Shown here: positions 26,295 to 44,689 of the stretch, piece after piece
Layout: each line of letters begins with the position of its first letter
Position numbering within the stretch: position 1 is the stretch's first letter
Assembly: GCF_009914755.1 (NCBI RefSeq)
Contig: NC_060927.1
Reading direction: 5' to 3' (one strand)
DNA: 64,000 nucleotides
Source of the DNA: the human T2T-CHM13v2.0 reference genome, Homo sapiens
Translations under genes and position numbers: made by a program
Notes under the pieces: generated by a model
Seen by the model: the letters and a program-made list of their open reading frames with translations, nothing else
What the model was told of the DNA's origin: nothing
The model's database searches: none

Positions 26295-26766
26295 TGTAGC
26301 AGGATGAGCTGCAGACAAGAACCGCTCAGACACCGAATTGTAGAAGGAAAGAGCTTTATTCAACTGGGAGCATCTGCAGACTCACATCTCCAAAAACCGA
26401 GCTCCCCGAGTGAGCAATTACTGTCCCTTTTAAGGGCTTACAACTCTAAGGGTGTCCATGTGAGAGGGTCGGGATTGATTGAGCAAGCAGGGAGTATGTG
26501 ACTGGGGGCTGCATGCACCTGCACGGGTAATCAGAATGGAACAGAACAGGACAGGGATTTTCACAGTGCTTTTCCATACAATGTCTGTAATCTATAGATA
26601 ATATAACCGATTAGGTCAGGGGTCGATCTTTAACTACCAGGCCCCAGGGTGTGGCACCGGGTTGTCTGCCTGTGGATTTCATTTCTGCCTTTCAGTTTTT
26701 ACTTTTTCTTTCTTTGGAGGCAGAAATTGGGCATAAGACAATATGAGGGGTGGTCTCCCCCCCTTA
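26295..26766 (-). repeat. HERV-E 5' LTR (LTR2 family)
   Basis: TAAGGGGG...GCTACA termini on the - strand; about 7% diverged from the 3' LTR by manual count. Confidence 0.95.
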
Positions 26767-28891
26767 AAGTGAGCAAATAATCTCATCTCCCTGGGCAATA
26801 GTGTTTCTAAACACTGTTTCTAAAGTGAGAGAGTTGGACTAATTCAATGGTTTCACATCTAACCTGGAGACTTTTGGAAAACTCTGGATCACTGGGTTCC
26901 ATCCACCACCAGCTATAAGAGACTCACTGTAGTTAGCACAATGGATTTTTTTTAAAGAAAGCTACTCAAGACATTCTGTTCTTTGACAAGTAGAGAAATC
27001 ATTTCAGCAGACAGTCTGTGGTCACTTCTAGCTTTAAAATGCTGAGTTTCCAATAAAAAAAATACTCTGGGCAGAATCTGGATTGGTATGAAGTGTTAAT
27101 CATCTGAATAAATATAGTGCTCTTTTTTAAGCATAAGTGATTAATACTACATGTAAATGAAATTATTCAGATAGCCCATCAGATTGCTGGGAAGTTACTA
27201 ATTATATACATATATATATGTGTGAGTGTGTGTGTGAATGGAGTACACTTGATTATGCCTCACGCTTTTAAAAAAATGTTCAGCCTTTATTTTAGATAGA
27301 TGGGGTACATGGGCAGGTTTATTACATGGGGATATTGCACCAAGGTAGTGAGCATAGTACCCAACAAGTAGATTTTCAACCCAGGCCCCCTTCCCCGCTC
27401 TCTCTAGCAGTCCCCAGTGTTTATTATTCCTATGTTTATGTACATGTGTACTCATTGTTTAGCTACCATTTGTAAATGAGAACATGTGGTATTTAGTTTT
27501 CTGTCCCCCATTAGTTTGCTGAGGATTCTTGCCTCCAGATTCATCCATGTTGCTGTGAAAGACATGATTTCATTCTATTTTATGACTGTATTACTATGGT
27601 AATTTATCACTGTGGTGGATATGTACCACATTTTCTTTATCCAATCCACCACTGACGGTCACCTATGCTGATTCTATGTCTTTGCTATAGTGAGTAGTGC
27701 AGCAATGAACATATGAGTGAGCATTTCTTTTTGATGTAGTGATCTATTTTCCTTTGGGTATGCGCCCAGTAATGGAATTGCTGGGTCAAATAATAGTTCT
27801 TCGTTTTTTGCGAAATCTCCAAACTGCTTTTTGCAGTGGCCGACCTAATTTACATTCCCAGCAACAGCTTTTCCTTTTCTCCACAGCTTTGCCAGCATCT
27901 GTTTTTTGACTTTTTAATAACAGCCATTCTGACTAGTGTGAAATGGTATCTCATTGTGATTTTGATTTGCATTTCTCTGATGATTAGTGATGATAGCTTT
28001 TTTTCATATGTTTGTTGGCCACTTGTGTGTCTTCTTTTGAGAGGAATCTGTTCATGTCTTTTGCTCACTTTTTAATGGAGTTGTTTGGTTTTTGCTTGTA
28101 AATTTGTTTAAGTTTCTTATAGATTCTGGATAATCAGACCTTTTTCAGATGTATAGTTCATAAATATTTTATCCCATTTTGTCAGTTGTCTGTTTACTCT
28201 CTTGATAGTTTCTTTTGTTATGCAGAAGCTCTTTAGTTTAATTAGATCGGACTTGTCATTTTTTGTTTTCACTGCAATTGCTTTTGGGGACTTGGCAAAA
28301 AATTCTTTGCCAACACTAATGTCAAGAAGAGTACTTCCTAGGTTTTCGTCTAAGATATTTATAATTTTAGGTCTTATACTTCTATCTTTCATCCATCTTG
28401 AGTTAATTTTTGTATGTGGTGACAGATAGGAGTCTAGTTTCATTCTTATGCATATGGCTATCCAGTTATCCCAGCACCGTTTATTGAACAGGAAGTCCTT
28501 TCCCATTACTTATGTTTGTCGATCTTATGGAAGGTGAGAGGTTTTAAACATGTGGCTTCATTTCTGAGTTTTCTATTCTGTTCCATTGGTCTGTGTGTCT
28601 GTTTTTGTAACAGTACCATGCTGTTTGGTCATTATAGCCTTATGGTGTAGTTACAAGTCAGGTAGTGTGATGCCTCCAGCTTCATTTTTGTTGTTGTTGT
28701 TGCTTAGAATTGCTTTTGCTGTTTGGGCTCTTTTTTTGGTTCCATATGAATTTTAAAATAGTTTCTTCTCATTTTTTGAAGAATGATATTGGTAGTTCAA
28801 TAGGAGTAGCACTGAATCTGTAAGTTGCTTTGGCCAGCATGGTCATTTTCATGACACTGATTCTTCTAGTCCTTGAGCATGGAATGTTTTT

Positions 28892-28893
<2 letters not shown>

Positions 28894-28936
<43 letters not shown>
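28894..28936. repeat. (GT)n perfect microsatellite within L1
   Basis: Read directly from the sequence. Confidence 0.97.
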
Positions 28937-28937
<1 letters not shown>

Positions 28938-29335
28938 TTTCTGACTTCTTTCACAAGACTTTCGTAATTTTCCATGTAGAGATCCTCCACCTCTTTGATT
29001 AGCTGTTTTTCTAGGTACTTCATTTTCTTTGTGACTATTGTAAATGAGATTGTGTTCTTGATTTGACTTTCAGCCTGGACATTATTGGTGTATAGAAATG
29101 CTATTGATTTTTGTACATTGATTTTTGTATCCTAAAACCTTACTAAAATTGTTTATCAGTTCTAGTAGCCTCTTGGCAGAGTCTTTAGGGGTTTCTAGAT
29201 ATACAATAATATCACAAAGAGAGACAGTTTGGCCTCTTGTCTTCCTATTTGGATGCCTTTTGTTTCTTTCTCTTGCTTAACTTCTGGCTAGGACTTTCAG
29301 TACTATGTTGAACAGGAACGGGGAGAGTGGGCATC

Positions 29336-29702
29336 TTACATGGTTAGGCTTTGTGTCCCCACCCAAATCTCATCTTAAATTGTAATCCCCAGGTGTTCAT
29401 GGGGAGAACTGGTGGGAAGTGATTGGATTATGGGGCAGTTTTCTCCATGCTGCTCTCGTGATAGTGAGTGAATTAGATCTGATTGTTTTATAAATGGCAG
29501 TTTTTCCTGTGCTCTCACACACTTGCTTCTCTCTCATCCCTGCCACCATGCAAGATGTGCCTGCTTCCCCTTCTGCCATGATTGTAGGTTTTCTGAGGCC
29601 TCCCCAGCCAAGCAGAACTGTGAGTCAATTATACCCCTTTTCTTTATAAATTACCCAGTCTTAGGTAGTATCTTTATAGCAGTGAGAAAATTGGCAAATA
29701 CA
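29336..29702 (+). mobile_element. THE1D-like MaLR solo LTR inside the outer L1
   Basis: THE1 body ending aataca; perfect 5-bp TSD GCATC (29331-29335 and 29703-29707). Confidence 0.92.
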
Positions 29703-30284
29703 GCATCTTTCTCTTGTTCCAGTTTTCAAGGGGAAGGGTTTTTTAGCTTTTGCTCATTCCATATGATATTGGCTGTGGCTTTATTATTGATGAGTCTTAT
29801 TATTATTATTATTTTTCCTGCCCTACACAACATTATTCTCCTTATGTCATTTATATTACAAATTACATTAGTACATGATGAACCATTAATATAGATTGTT
29901 TTATTATAACTTTTATTTTAGGTTCAGGGGTACATGTGCAGGTTTGCTATATGCATAAACTGTGTCTCCCACAGTTTTGGTATGTAGATTATTTCATCAG
30001 CCATGTACTAAGCCTAGTATCCAATAGATATTTTTTCTGATGCTTTGCCTACTCTCACTCTTCACCCTCAAGTAGGCCCCAGTGTCTGTTGTTCTCTTTG
30101 TTTTCATTGTTTAGTGCCACTTATAAGTGAGAACATGCAGTATGTGATTTTCTGTTCGTGTGTTAGTTTGCTTAGGATAATTGCCTCCAGCTCCACCCAC
30201 GTTGCTGCAAAGGGCAGGAGCTCATTCTCTTTTGTGGCTGCATAGTATTCCACAGTGTACATGTACCACATTTACTTTATCCAG

Positions 30285-30640
30285 TGATAGGTATCCCCAC
30301 ACAAATCTCGTCTTGTAGCTCCCATAATTCCCATGTGTTGGTGGGAGGGACCCAGTGAGAGATGATTGAATCATGGGAGTGGGCCTTTCCCTTGCTGTTC
30401 TCATGATGGTAAATGGGTCTCATGATGGCCAATGATTTTGAAAACAGGAGTTTCCCTACACAAGCTCTCTCTTTGCCTGCTGTCATCCATATAAGATGTG
30501 ACTTGCTCCTCCTTGCCTTCTGCCATGATTGTGAGTCCTCTTCAGCCATGTGGAACTGTAGGTCCAATAAACCTCTTTCTTTTGTAAATTGCCTAGTCTT
30601 GGGTATATCTTTATCAACAGCATGAAAATGAACTAATACA
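30285..30640 (+). mobile_element. THE1A-like solo LTR inside the L1PA13-like element
   Basis: TGATA...ACTAATACA termini; TSD tccag/ttcag. Confidence 0.92.
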
Positions 30641-32976
30641 TTCAGTCTTCTATTTATGGCCATTTAGGTTGACTCCATGTCTTTGCTATTGTGAACAGTG
30701 CTGCAGTGAACATATGCATCCATGTGTCTTTATGGTAAAATAATGTATATTCCTTTGGCTATATACCTGGTAATGGGATTGCTGGATCAAATGGTAGTTC
30801 TGTTTTTAGGTCTTTGAGGAGTCACCGCACTTCTTTCCATAATAGTTGAACTAATTTATACTCTTACCAACAGTATATAAGTGTTCCTTTTCCCCCGTAA
30901 CCTTGCTAGCATTTATTTTTCAACTTTTAATAATGGCCATTCTGACTGCTGTGAAATACTATTTCATTGTGGATTTGATTTGCATTTCTCTAATGGTTAG
31001 TGATGATGAGCATTTTTTCATATGTTTTCTAGCCACTTGTATGTATTCTTCTGAAAAGTGGCTGTTCCTATCCTTTGCCCACTTTTTTATGGGGTTGTTT
31101 CGTCTTTGCTTGTAAATTTGTGTAAGTTCCTTATAGATTCTGGATATTAGACCTTTGTTGGATGCATAGTTTGCAAATATTTTCTCCCATTCCGTAGGTT
31201 GTCTTTTCACTCTGCTGATAATTTCTTTTGCTATAAGCTCCATACTTTAATTAGTTCCCATTTGTCAATTTTTGCCTTTGTTGCAATTGCTTTTGGCATC
31301 TTTTTCGTGAAATCTTTGCCAGGTCCTATGTCCAGAATGGTATTGCCTAGGTTGTCTTCCAGAGTTTTTATACTTTTGGGTTTCACATTTAAGTCTTGAA
31401 TTCATCTTGAGTTAACTTTTGTTTATGGTATAAGGAAAGGGTCCAGTATCAATCTTCTTCATATGGCTAGCCAGCTATCCCAGCACCATTTACACCACTT
31501 ATTGAGGAGGGAGTCCTTTCCCCATTGCTGGTTTTTGTTGGCTTTGTTGAAGATCAGATAGTTGTAGGTGTGCAGCCTTATTTCTGAGATCTCTATTCTG
31601 TTCCATTGGTCTATATGTCTGGTTTTGTACAAGGACCCTGCTATTTTGGTTACTGTAGCCTTGTAATATAGCTTGAAGTCAGGTAACATGATACCTCAGC
31701 TTTGTCTTTTTGCTTAGGATTGCCTTTGCTATTCAGGCTCTTTTTTAGTTTTGTACAAATTTAAATTTTTTTTTTTTTAAATTGCATGAAGAATGTCACT
31801 GGCAGTTTCATAGGCATAGCATCTGTAAATTACTCTATGCAGTGTGGCCATTTTAATGACATTGATTCTTCCTAATCATGAGCATGGAGTGTTTTTCCAT
31901 GTGTTTGTGTCATCTATGATTTCCTTGAGCGGTGTTTTATAATTCTCATTGTAGAGATCTTTCACCACTCTGGTTAGCTGTATTCCTCAGTATTTTACCC
32001 TTTTTGTGGCAATTGCAAATGAGATTACATTCTTGATTTGGCTCTTAGATTGGATATTGTTCGTATACAGGAAGGCTACTGATTTTCTACATTGATTTTG
32101 TACCTGAAACTTTGCTGAAATTGTTTATCAGATCACAGAGCTTTTGGGCAGAGACTATGGGGTTTTCTAGATATAAAATTATATTGTCTGCACACAGGGA
32201 TATTTTGACTTTCTCTCTTATTTGGATGCCTTTTATTTCTTTCTCTTGCCTTAGTACCCTGGCCAAGACTTCCAGTACTATGTTGAATAGGAGTCATGAT
32301 AGAGGGCATCCCTGTCTTGCTCTGGTTTTCAACAGAATGCTTCTAGCTTTTGCCCATTTAGTATTATGTTGGCTGTGGATTTGTTATAGATGGCTCTTAT
32401 TATTTTAAAGTATATTCCTTCAATGACTAGTTTATTGAAGGTTTTTAACATGAAGCGATGTTGAATTTTATCAAAAGACTTTTCTGCATCTATTGAGATA
32501 ATCATGGGTTTTTTATTTCAGTTCTCTTTACGTGATGAATCATATTTATTTATTTGTGTATGTTGAACCAACTTTGCATCCCAGGGATAAAGCCTACTTG
32601 ATCTTGGTGAATTACCTTTATGATGTGCTGCTGGATTCAGTTTGCTAGTATTTTGTTGAGGATTTTTGTCTGTGTTCATCAAGGATATTGACCTGAAGTT
32701 TTCTTTTTTTGTTGTGTCTCTGCCAGGTTTTGGTATCAGGATGATACTGGCCTCATAAAATGAGTTAGGAAGGAGTCTATCCTCCTCAAATTTTTGAAAT
32801 AGTTTCAATAGGAATGATATCAGCTTTTCTTTATACATCTGGCAGAATTTGGCTGTGAATCCGTCTACTTCTCCACCTGTTTTTGGTTGGTTGGCTTTTT
32901 ATTACTGTTTCAATTTTGGAACTCATTATTGGTCTGTTCAGGGATTTAATTTCCTCCTGGTTCAGTTTTAGGAGGT

Positions 32977-33094
32977 TATATGTGTCCAGGAATTTATCAG
33001 GTTCTTCTAGATTTTCTAGTTTGTGTGCATAGAGGTATATGTGTCCAGGAATTTATCAGTTTCTTCTAGATTTTCTAGTTTGTGTGCATAGAGG
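32977..33094. repeat. 59-bp tandem duplication, 58/59 identical
   Basis: Units 32977-33035 and 33036-33094. Confidence 0.95.
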
Positions 33095-34602
33095 TGTTTG
33101 TAGTAGTCTCTGAGGGTTTTTTATATTCCTGTAGGTCAGTGGTAACATCCCCTTTGTTATTTCTAATTGTGTTTATTTGGCTCTTCTCTCTTCTTTCCTT
33201 TGTTAGTCTAGCTAATGGTCTGTCGTATTAATTTTTTAAAAACCAACTCTTGGATTAATTGATCTTTTGTATGATTTTTCATGTCTTAATATCCTTCAGT
33301 TTAGCTCTAATTTTGGTTATTTCTTATCTCCTGCTATCTTTGGGGTTGGTTTGCTCTTGCTTCTCTAGTTCCTCTAGTTGTGATGTTAGGTTGTTAATCT
33401 GAGATATTTTTAACTTTTTGATGTGGGTGTTTAGTGCCATAAACTTCCTCTTAACACCGCCTTAGCTGTGTCCCAAAGATTCTGGTATGTTGTGTCTTTG
33501 TTCTTATTAGTTTCAAATAACTTTTTGATTTCTGCCTTAGTTTATTTACGTAAAACTCACTCAGGAGCAGGTTGTTTAATTTCCATGTAACTGTATGGTT
33601 TTGAGAGATTTTCTTAATGTTGATTTCTGTTTTTATGCACTGTGGTCCAAGAGTGTGGTTGGTATGATTTCAATTTCTTTGAATTTGCTGAGGGTTATTT
33701 TATGTCTGATTTTGTGGTTGATTTTAGAATATGTGCCATGTGGCAATCAGAAGGATGTATATTCTGTTGTTTTGGGTGGAGAGTTTTGTAGATACTTGAC
33801 AGATCCATTTATTCAAGTATTGAATTCAGGTCTTCAATATCTTCGTTAATTTTCTGCCTGAACAATTTGTCTAATACTCTCAATGGGGTATTGAAGTCTC
33901 CCACTACTATTATGTGGGAATCAAAGTCTCTGTGTAGGTCTCCAAAAACTTCTTTATGAATCTGGGTGCTCCTCCCTTGAAGGCATATATATTTAGGATA
34001 GTTAGGTCTTCTTGTTGAATTAAACTCTTTACCATTATGTAATGTCCTACTCTATCTTTTTTGGTCTTTGTTGGTTTAAAGTCTGTTTTGTCTGAAATTA
34101 TGACAGCAACCACTGCCTTTTCCTGTTTTCCATTTGCTTGGTAGATTTTTCTTTATCCCTCTATTTTGAGCCTGTGATTGTCACTGCTTGTGAGATGCAT
34201 CTCTTGAAGATGGCATACCAGGGTGTATTGCTTCTTTCTCCGTGTTGCCACTCTGTTACTTTTAAATGGAGCATTTAGCGCATTTACATTCCAAGTTAAC
34301 ATTTATATGTGTGGATTTGATCCTTTTATGTTGTTAGCTGGCTATTATATAGATTTCTTTGTATGGCTGCTTTATAGTGTCACTGGTCTGTGTACTTAAG
34401 TGTGTTTTTGTAGTGGCTGGTATGTTTGTTTGTTTGTTTTTCTTTCCATGTTTAGTGCTCCTTGCAGGACCTCTTGTAAGGCAGGCATGGTGGTAATGAA
34501 TTCCCTCAGCGCTGACTTGTCTCAAAAGGATCTTATTTCTCCTCCACTTATGAAGCTTAGTTTGGCTGGATATAAAATTCTTGGTGGAAAATTATTTTCT
34601 TT

Positions 34603-39997
<5,395 letters not shown>

Positions 39998-40028
39998 GAA
40001 AATTACTTTCTTTAAGAATGCTGGGATA

Positions 40029-41520
40029 CTGTACAAAAAGAGACACATAAGTCAATGGAACAGAATTGAGAGTCCAGAAATAAGGCCACACATCTACAAC
40101 CATCTGATCTTCAACAAAGCTGACAAAAACCAGCAATGGGGAAAGGACTCCTTATTCAATAAATAGTTCTGGGATAACTGGCTAGCCATATGCAGAAGAT
40201 TGGAACTGGACCCCTTTCTTTCACCATATATAAAAGTCAACTCAAGATGGATTAAAGACATGTAAAACCCACAAGTGTAAAAACCCTGGAAGACAACCTT
40301 GGCAAATACCATTCTGGACATAGGACCTGGCAAAGATTTCATGACAAAGATGCTGAAAGCAATTGCAACAAAAGCAAAAATTAATGAGTGGGATCTAATT
40401 AAAGTAAAAAGCTTCTGCACAACAAAAGACACTATCAACAAACAGCCTACAGAGTGGTAGAAAATTTTTGCAAACCTTGCATCTAACAAAGGTCTAATAT
40501 TCAGCATCCATAAAGAACTTAAACACATTTACAAGCAAAACACAAACAACTCCACTAAAAAGTGGGTAAAGGCCATGAACAGACACTTTTCAAAAAAAGA
40601 CCTACAAGTGGCCAACAGTCATATGAAAAAAAGCTCAATATCACTGATCATTAGAGAAATGCAAATCAAAACCATGAGATACCATCTCACACCAGTTAGA
40701 ATGTCTATTATTAAAAAGTCAGAAAATAACAGATGCTGGAAAGATTGCAGAGAAAAAGGAAGAATGCACTGTTGGTGGGAGTGTAAATTAGTTCAACTGT
40801 TGTGGAAAGCAGTGTGTCAATTCCTCAAAGAGCTAAAAACAGAACTACCATTCAACTCAACAATCACATTATTGGGTATATACCCAAATGAATATACATT
40901 GTTCTACCATAAAGACACATGCACACATATGTTCATTACAGCACTATTCACAATAGCAAAGACATGGAATCAATCTACAAGCCCACTGATAATAGACTAG
41001 ATAAAAGAAAATGTGAGATATATATATATATATACACATATATATATCTCTCTCACATTCATATAATATATATGTATGTGTATATATATACACTATATAT
41101 ATACACACACAATCTCTATATATGTATATATAGATACACACACACACACACACACCATGGAATACTACACCGCTGTAAAAGAGAATGAGATCATGTTCTC
41201 TAAATGAACATGGATGGAGCTGGAGGCCATTATCCTAAGCAAACTAATGTAGGAACAGAAAACCAAATGCCACATTTTCTCACTTATAAGTGGGAACTAA
41301 ATGATGAAAACACATGGACACCAAGAGGGGAACAACAGATACTGAGACCTACCAGAGGGTGAAGGGTTGGAGGAGGGAGAGGATCAGAAAATATAATAGG
41401 TACTAGGCTTAGTACATGGGGAATGAAATAATCTGTACATCAAACCCCCGTGACACAAGTTTACCTACATAATAAACGTGCACATGTACCCCTGAACTTA
41501 AGATAAAGTTTTTTTTAAAA
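40029..41520 (+). mobile_element. 5'-truncated L1PA12/13-like element, with a (TA)/(CA) low-complexity tract at ~41019-41155
   Basis: ORF2 C-terminus (ORF 40575..41000) and older-type 3'UTR; degenerate TSD aagaatgctgggata (40014-40028) / aagaatgttgatata (41521-41535). Confidence 0.87.
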
Positions 41521-43955
41521 AAGAATGTTGATATAGGCCCACAATTTCTCCTGGCTTGTCGAGTTTCTACTGAAAGGTCTGCTGTTAACCTCATGGGGTT
41601 CCCTTTGTAGGTGACCTATCCCTTCTCTCTAGCTGCCTTTAACATTTTTTCTTACATTTCAACCTTGGAAAATCTGATGATTATGTGTCTTGGGGATGTC
41701 TTTCTCTTTAGTATTTCACTGGAGTTCTCTGCATTTTCTGAACTTGAATGTTGGCCTGTCTAGAGAGGATGGGAAGGTTTGCATGGATGATATTCTGAGA
41801 TATATTTTCCAGGTTGCTTGCTTTCTCCCTAGCTCTTTCAGGGACCCCAGTGATTCATAGATTTTGGTCTGTTTACATAACCTCATATTTCTCAGAGGTT
41901 TTGTTCATTCTTTTTTATTCTTTTTTATGTATTTTCTGTTTTACTGAGTTATTTCAGTGAGCCAGTTTTCGAACTCTGAGATTCTTTCCTCAGCTTGGTT
42001 TATTCTGCTCTTAATAATTGAGGTTGCATTGTAAAATTCTTGTAGTGTGTTTTTCAGCTATTTGCTTCTGTTTTATAATGGCTATTTCATCCATCAGCTC
42101 CTGAATCATTTTATGGTACTCATTAGATTCCTTGTACTGGGTACTGACTTTCTCCTGAATCTCGATTGTCTATGTTCCCATCCATATTCTGAATTCTATT
42201 TCTGGCATTTCAGCGATTTCAACCCAGTTAGGAACCCTTGCTGGGGAACTAGTGTGGTTGTTTGGAGGAAAGAGGCCACTCTGGCTTTTTGAGCTCCCAG
42301 AGTTCTTACGCTGGTTCTTTCTCATCTGTGTGGGCTGGTGTTCCTTTAACTGTGGTGTAATTTGGGTATAATCAGTAGGTTTCATTTCTGGATGTTTTCA
42401 GAGGGCCAAGGCTTTGTGCAGGGCCTTTATTTTTAGCTGAGCTCTTGTCTTTGGTTTCACAGAGGAGTATATTACCAAAAGTATTTTTGCTGTTGAAGTT
42501 TGTGCTGTGATTCAATAGGTGGTGCTTAAGTGAAATGGCCAGTAGGTAGGCACTTGCTTGACCATGTGGCTCCTCTGTATTTCCTCATGATTGCAGCTAT
42601 GCTCCCTCTCAGTGCTCTGACAGTGTGGGCTCCTCTCCCACTTGAGGGCTGGCTGCAGATCTCGGTTTGGCTCTCCTGGGCTGCACACTGCAATTCTGGA
42701 GTGAGCTCAGGCTTTATGTGGCCTCCTTAGCTTGGAGACAGCAAGGCCAGGGACCTTAGCAGTGACTGTGACAGAGGGCCTTTCTCTCGTCTCTGGGGGC
42801 TCCACTCCAGAGAAATGCAGAGTTGCTACCAATCAGTATAATCAGCCAAGGTTGGGGTGGCTGCACTGGGGACCCAAGCTGGGGGCACCCTACCTGATAA
42901 CAAGCAGGGAGGGTACATAGGTCACAGAGTAGACAGACTGGCCTCTTTCCTTAGGGCAACTGCAGCTTCCTAGAAGTGTGGTTAAAGCACTCATGGTCTT
43001 TTTGCCTTCCCCAGTCCGAGGGCAGCAAGAGCAGTACCACTCTGCAGTGGCCATGGGAGTGGGCCTTCAATTGTCTCTGGGACCTCTGCCTCAGAGAAAC
43101 ACAGCGCCCCTGCCACTGGAAATGTTCAGCCAGGGGATGAGACAAACGCACTGCTGGCCTGAGCTGGGGGCCCTGCTTGGTGAAGAATGGAGGTTCAAGA
43201 GCTTACAGGGAGGAGAGACTGAGCTCCTCTCTGTATGGTGGCTGTGGTGTGCTTGGAGCACAGGTGAAGCCCTTAGACTGTTTCTTCCCTATAGCAAGGG
43301 CAGCAGGAGCAGAACCACTGCTGTGGCAATGACGGAGAGGCTGTTGATTGCCTCTGGGAGCCCCCACCAGGGAACCTCAGAGCCAGTATCAGTGGGTGTG
43401 CTCAGCTATGATGAGGAGGCTGATCTGTGGTCCGGAGCCAGAAGCCCTGCCTCATGAAGAGTGGGGGGCCTGGGCTCACAGGGAAGAGGGTCTGGATTCC
43501 TCTCCTTATGGTGTGTAGTGTGCTGAAGGTGCCAGCATAGTGACTAGGCCCTTTGTTCCATCCCCAGCCCCACAGCGATTAGGGCAGTACCATTGCAGCT
43601 GCAATGGCAGAGGGATTGTGGGTTTTCTCTGGGAGTTCCTGCTCAGAGAACTGCAGAGCCACCTCCAACTGACATGTTCAGGTGGGGACAGGGTAGTTGT
43701 GTTGGAGTCCCAGGTCACAAGGGCCTCCCAGTAAGGAGAAACAGGATCGGAGACCTGGGTGGAAAAAGGTCTGGCTGCTTTTTCCACAGGGCAGCTGCAT
43801 TGTGCTGGGGATCTGCACCAGTCCCTTGTCACCACGTACCTTCTGGAAGCCTGAAGGCAACAGGGAGGGGCAAGGGCTGCAAGACAGCAAAAATGGCGGC
43901 TTGCCTCTGTGGGAGCACTGTCCCAGGAAAACACGGAGCTGCTACCTTCCCAAAA

Positions 43956-44303
43956 GATGGCTCTTACTATTTTCGGGTATATTCCTCTGATGACTAATCT
44001 GGGTTATTATCATGAAGGGAAGTTGATTTTATTTGCATCTATTGAGATGATCATTCGGGTTTTGCTTTTAATTCTGTTTATGTGGTGAATCACATTTTTT
44101 GAATTTTGTATGTCAAACCAGCCTTGCATCCCAGGAATAAAGCCTACTTGATCATGCTGTATGAACTTTTTGATGTGCTGCTGGATTCATTTTGCTAGTA
44201 TTTTGTTGAGGATTTTTATGTCTATATTCATCAGGGATATTGGCCTGAAGTTTTCTGTTTTCACTGTGTCTATGCCAGATTTTGGTACTAGGCTTATTCT
44301 GCT
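43956..44303 (-). mobile_element. Outer L1PA15/16-like element, resumed segment
   Basis: ORF2 RT-region sequence colinear with the break at 29804. Confidence 0.87.
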
Positions 44304-44449
44304 TGACTCTTGACCGTCAGTACATTTGGTAAAAGATGAGATAAGGTTACCTTAGGTAATCAAAGGTATCAAAAAGTAGGAGGAAGAAAAATATATTGCA
44401 TGCCAAACACTTAAATATAGTATTGCATTTAACCTTAATAACAGCCAAT

Positions 44450-44655
44450 CTGGTGTTCATTTCTCTGCTTAGTCAGTTATTACTTTGCAGCCATCACCAA
44501 ATCACTTAACTCTAATTTGGTCCTTTTGTTTCCTCTTCTGCAGAATAGAGACTAAAAATACCTATATTATAGGATCACAGTGGGAATTAATGGGCATAAT
44601 GTCTGGGAAACACTTATCAGGGTGCTTATCACATGATGGATAAATAATTGATAGG
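44450..44655 (+). mobile_element. MIR SINE
   Basis: aaatcacttaactct...tttcctcttctgcagaatagag...aatacct core. Confidence 0.7.
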
Positions 44656-44689
44656 AAATAGGATGATAATAACTGTGATGTTGGTCATG

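Larger units (their letters stand above)
17973..26766 (-). mobile_element. Full-length HERV-E provirus (LTR2-family LTRs), 8794 bp, antisense to KCNH8, inserted in a MIR remnant
   Basis: Two ~470-bp LTRs; 4-bp TSD AAGT (17969-17972 and 26767-26770); tRNA-Glu PBS; PPT; colinear gag-pro-pol-env remnants. Confidence 0.95.
27266..29804 (-). mobile_element. Outer L1 (L1PA15/16-like), 3' part; continues at 43956-44303
   Basis: Antisense 3'UTR and ORF2 remnants (ORFs 28117..28506, 27850..28068); sequence breaks at gatgagtcttattatt and resumes at gatggctcttactatt. Confidence 0.9.

Noticed and set aside
25719-26501. 260-aa ORF antisense to the HERV-E leader/LTR
   Set aside because: Low-complexity product of the AC-rich leader strand with no recognisable domain.
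41019-41155. TA/CA-rich tract as a structured element
   Set aside because: Ordinary microsatellite expansion at the usual atatatacacc position of the L1 3' region.
40014-41520. L1 sequence after the young L1's tail as a 3' transduction
   Set aside because: The young L1's TSD closes at 40013, before this piece, and the piece has its own degenerate TSD and an older 3'UTR.
42530-43997. Dense overlapping ORFs or a CpG-island promoter of a host gene
   Set aside because: GC-rich, CpG-depleted 5'UTR of the L1PA13-like element; the long frames reflect low stop-codon density.
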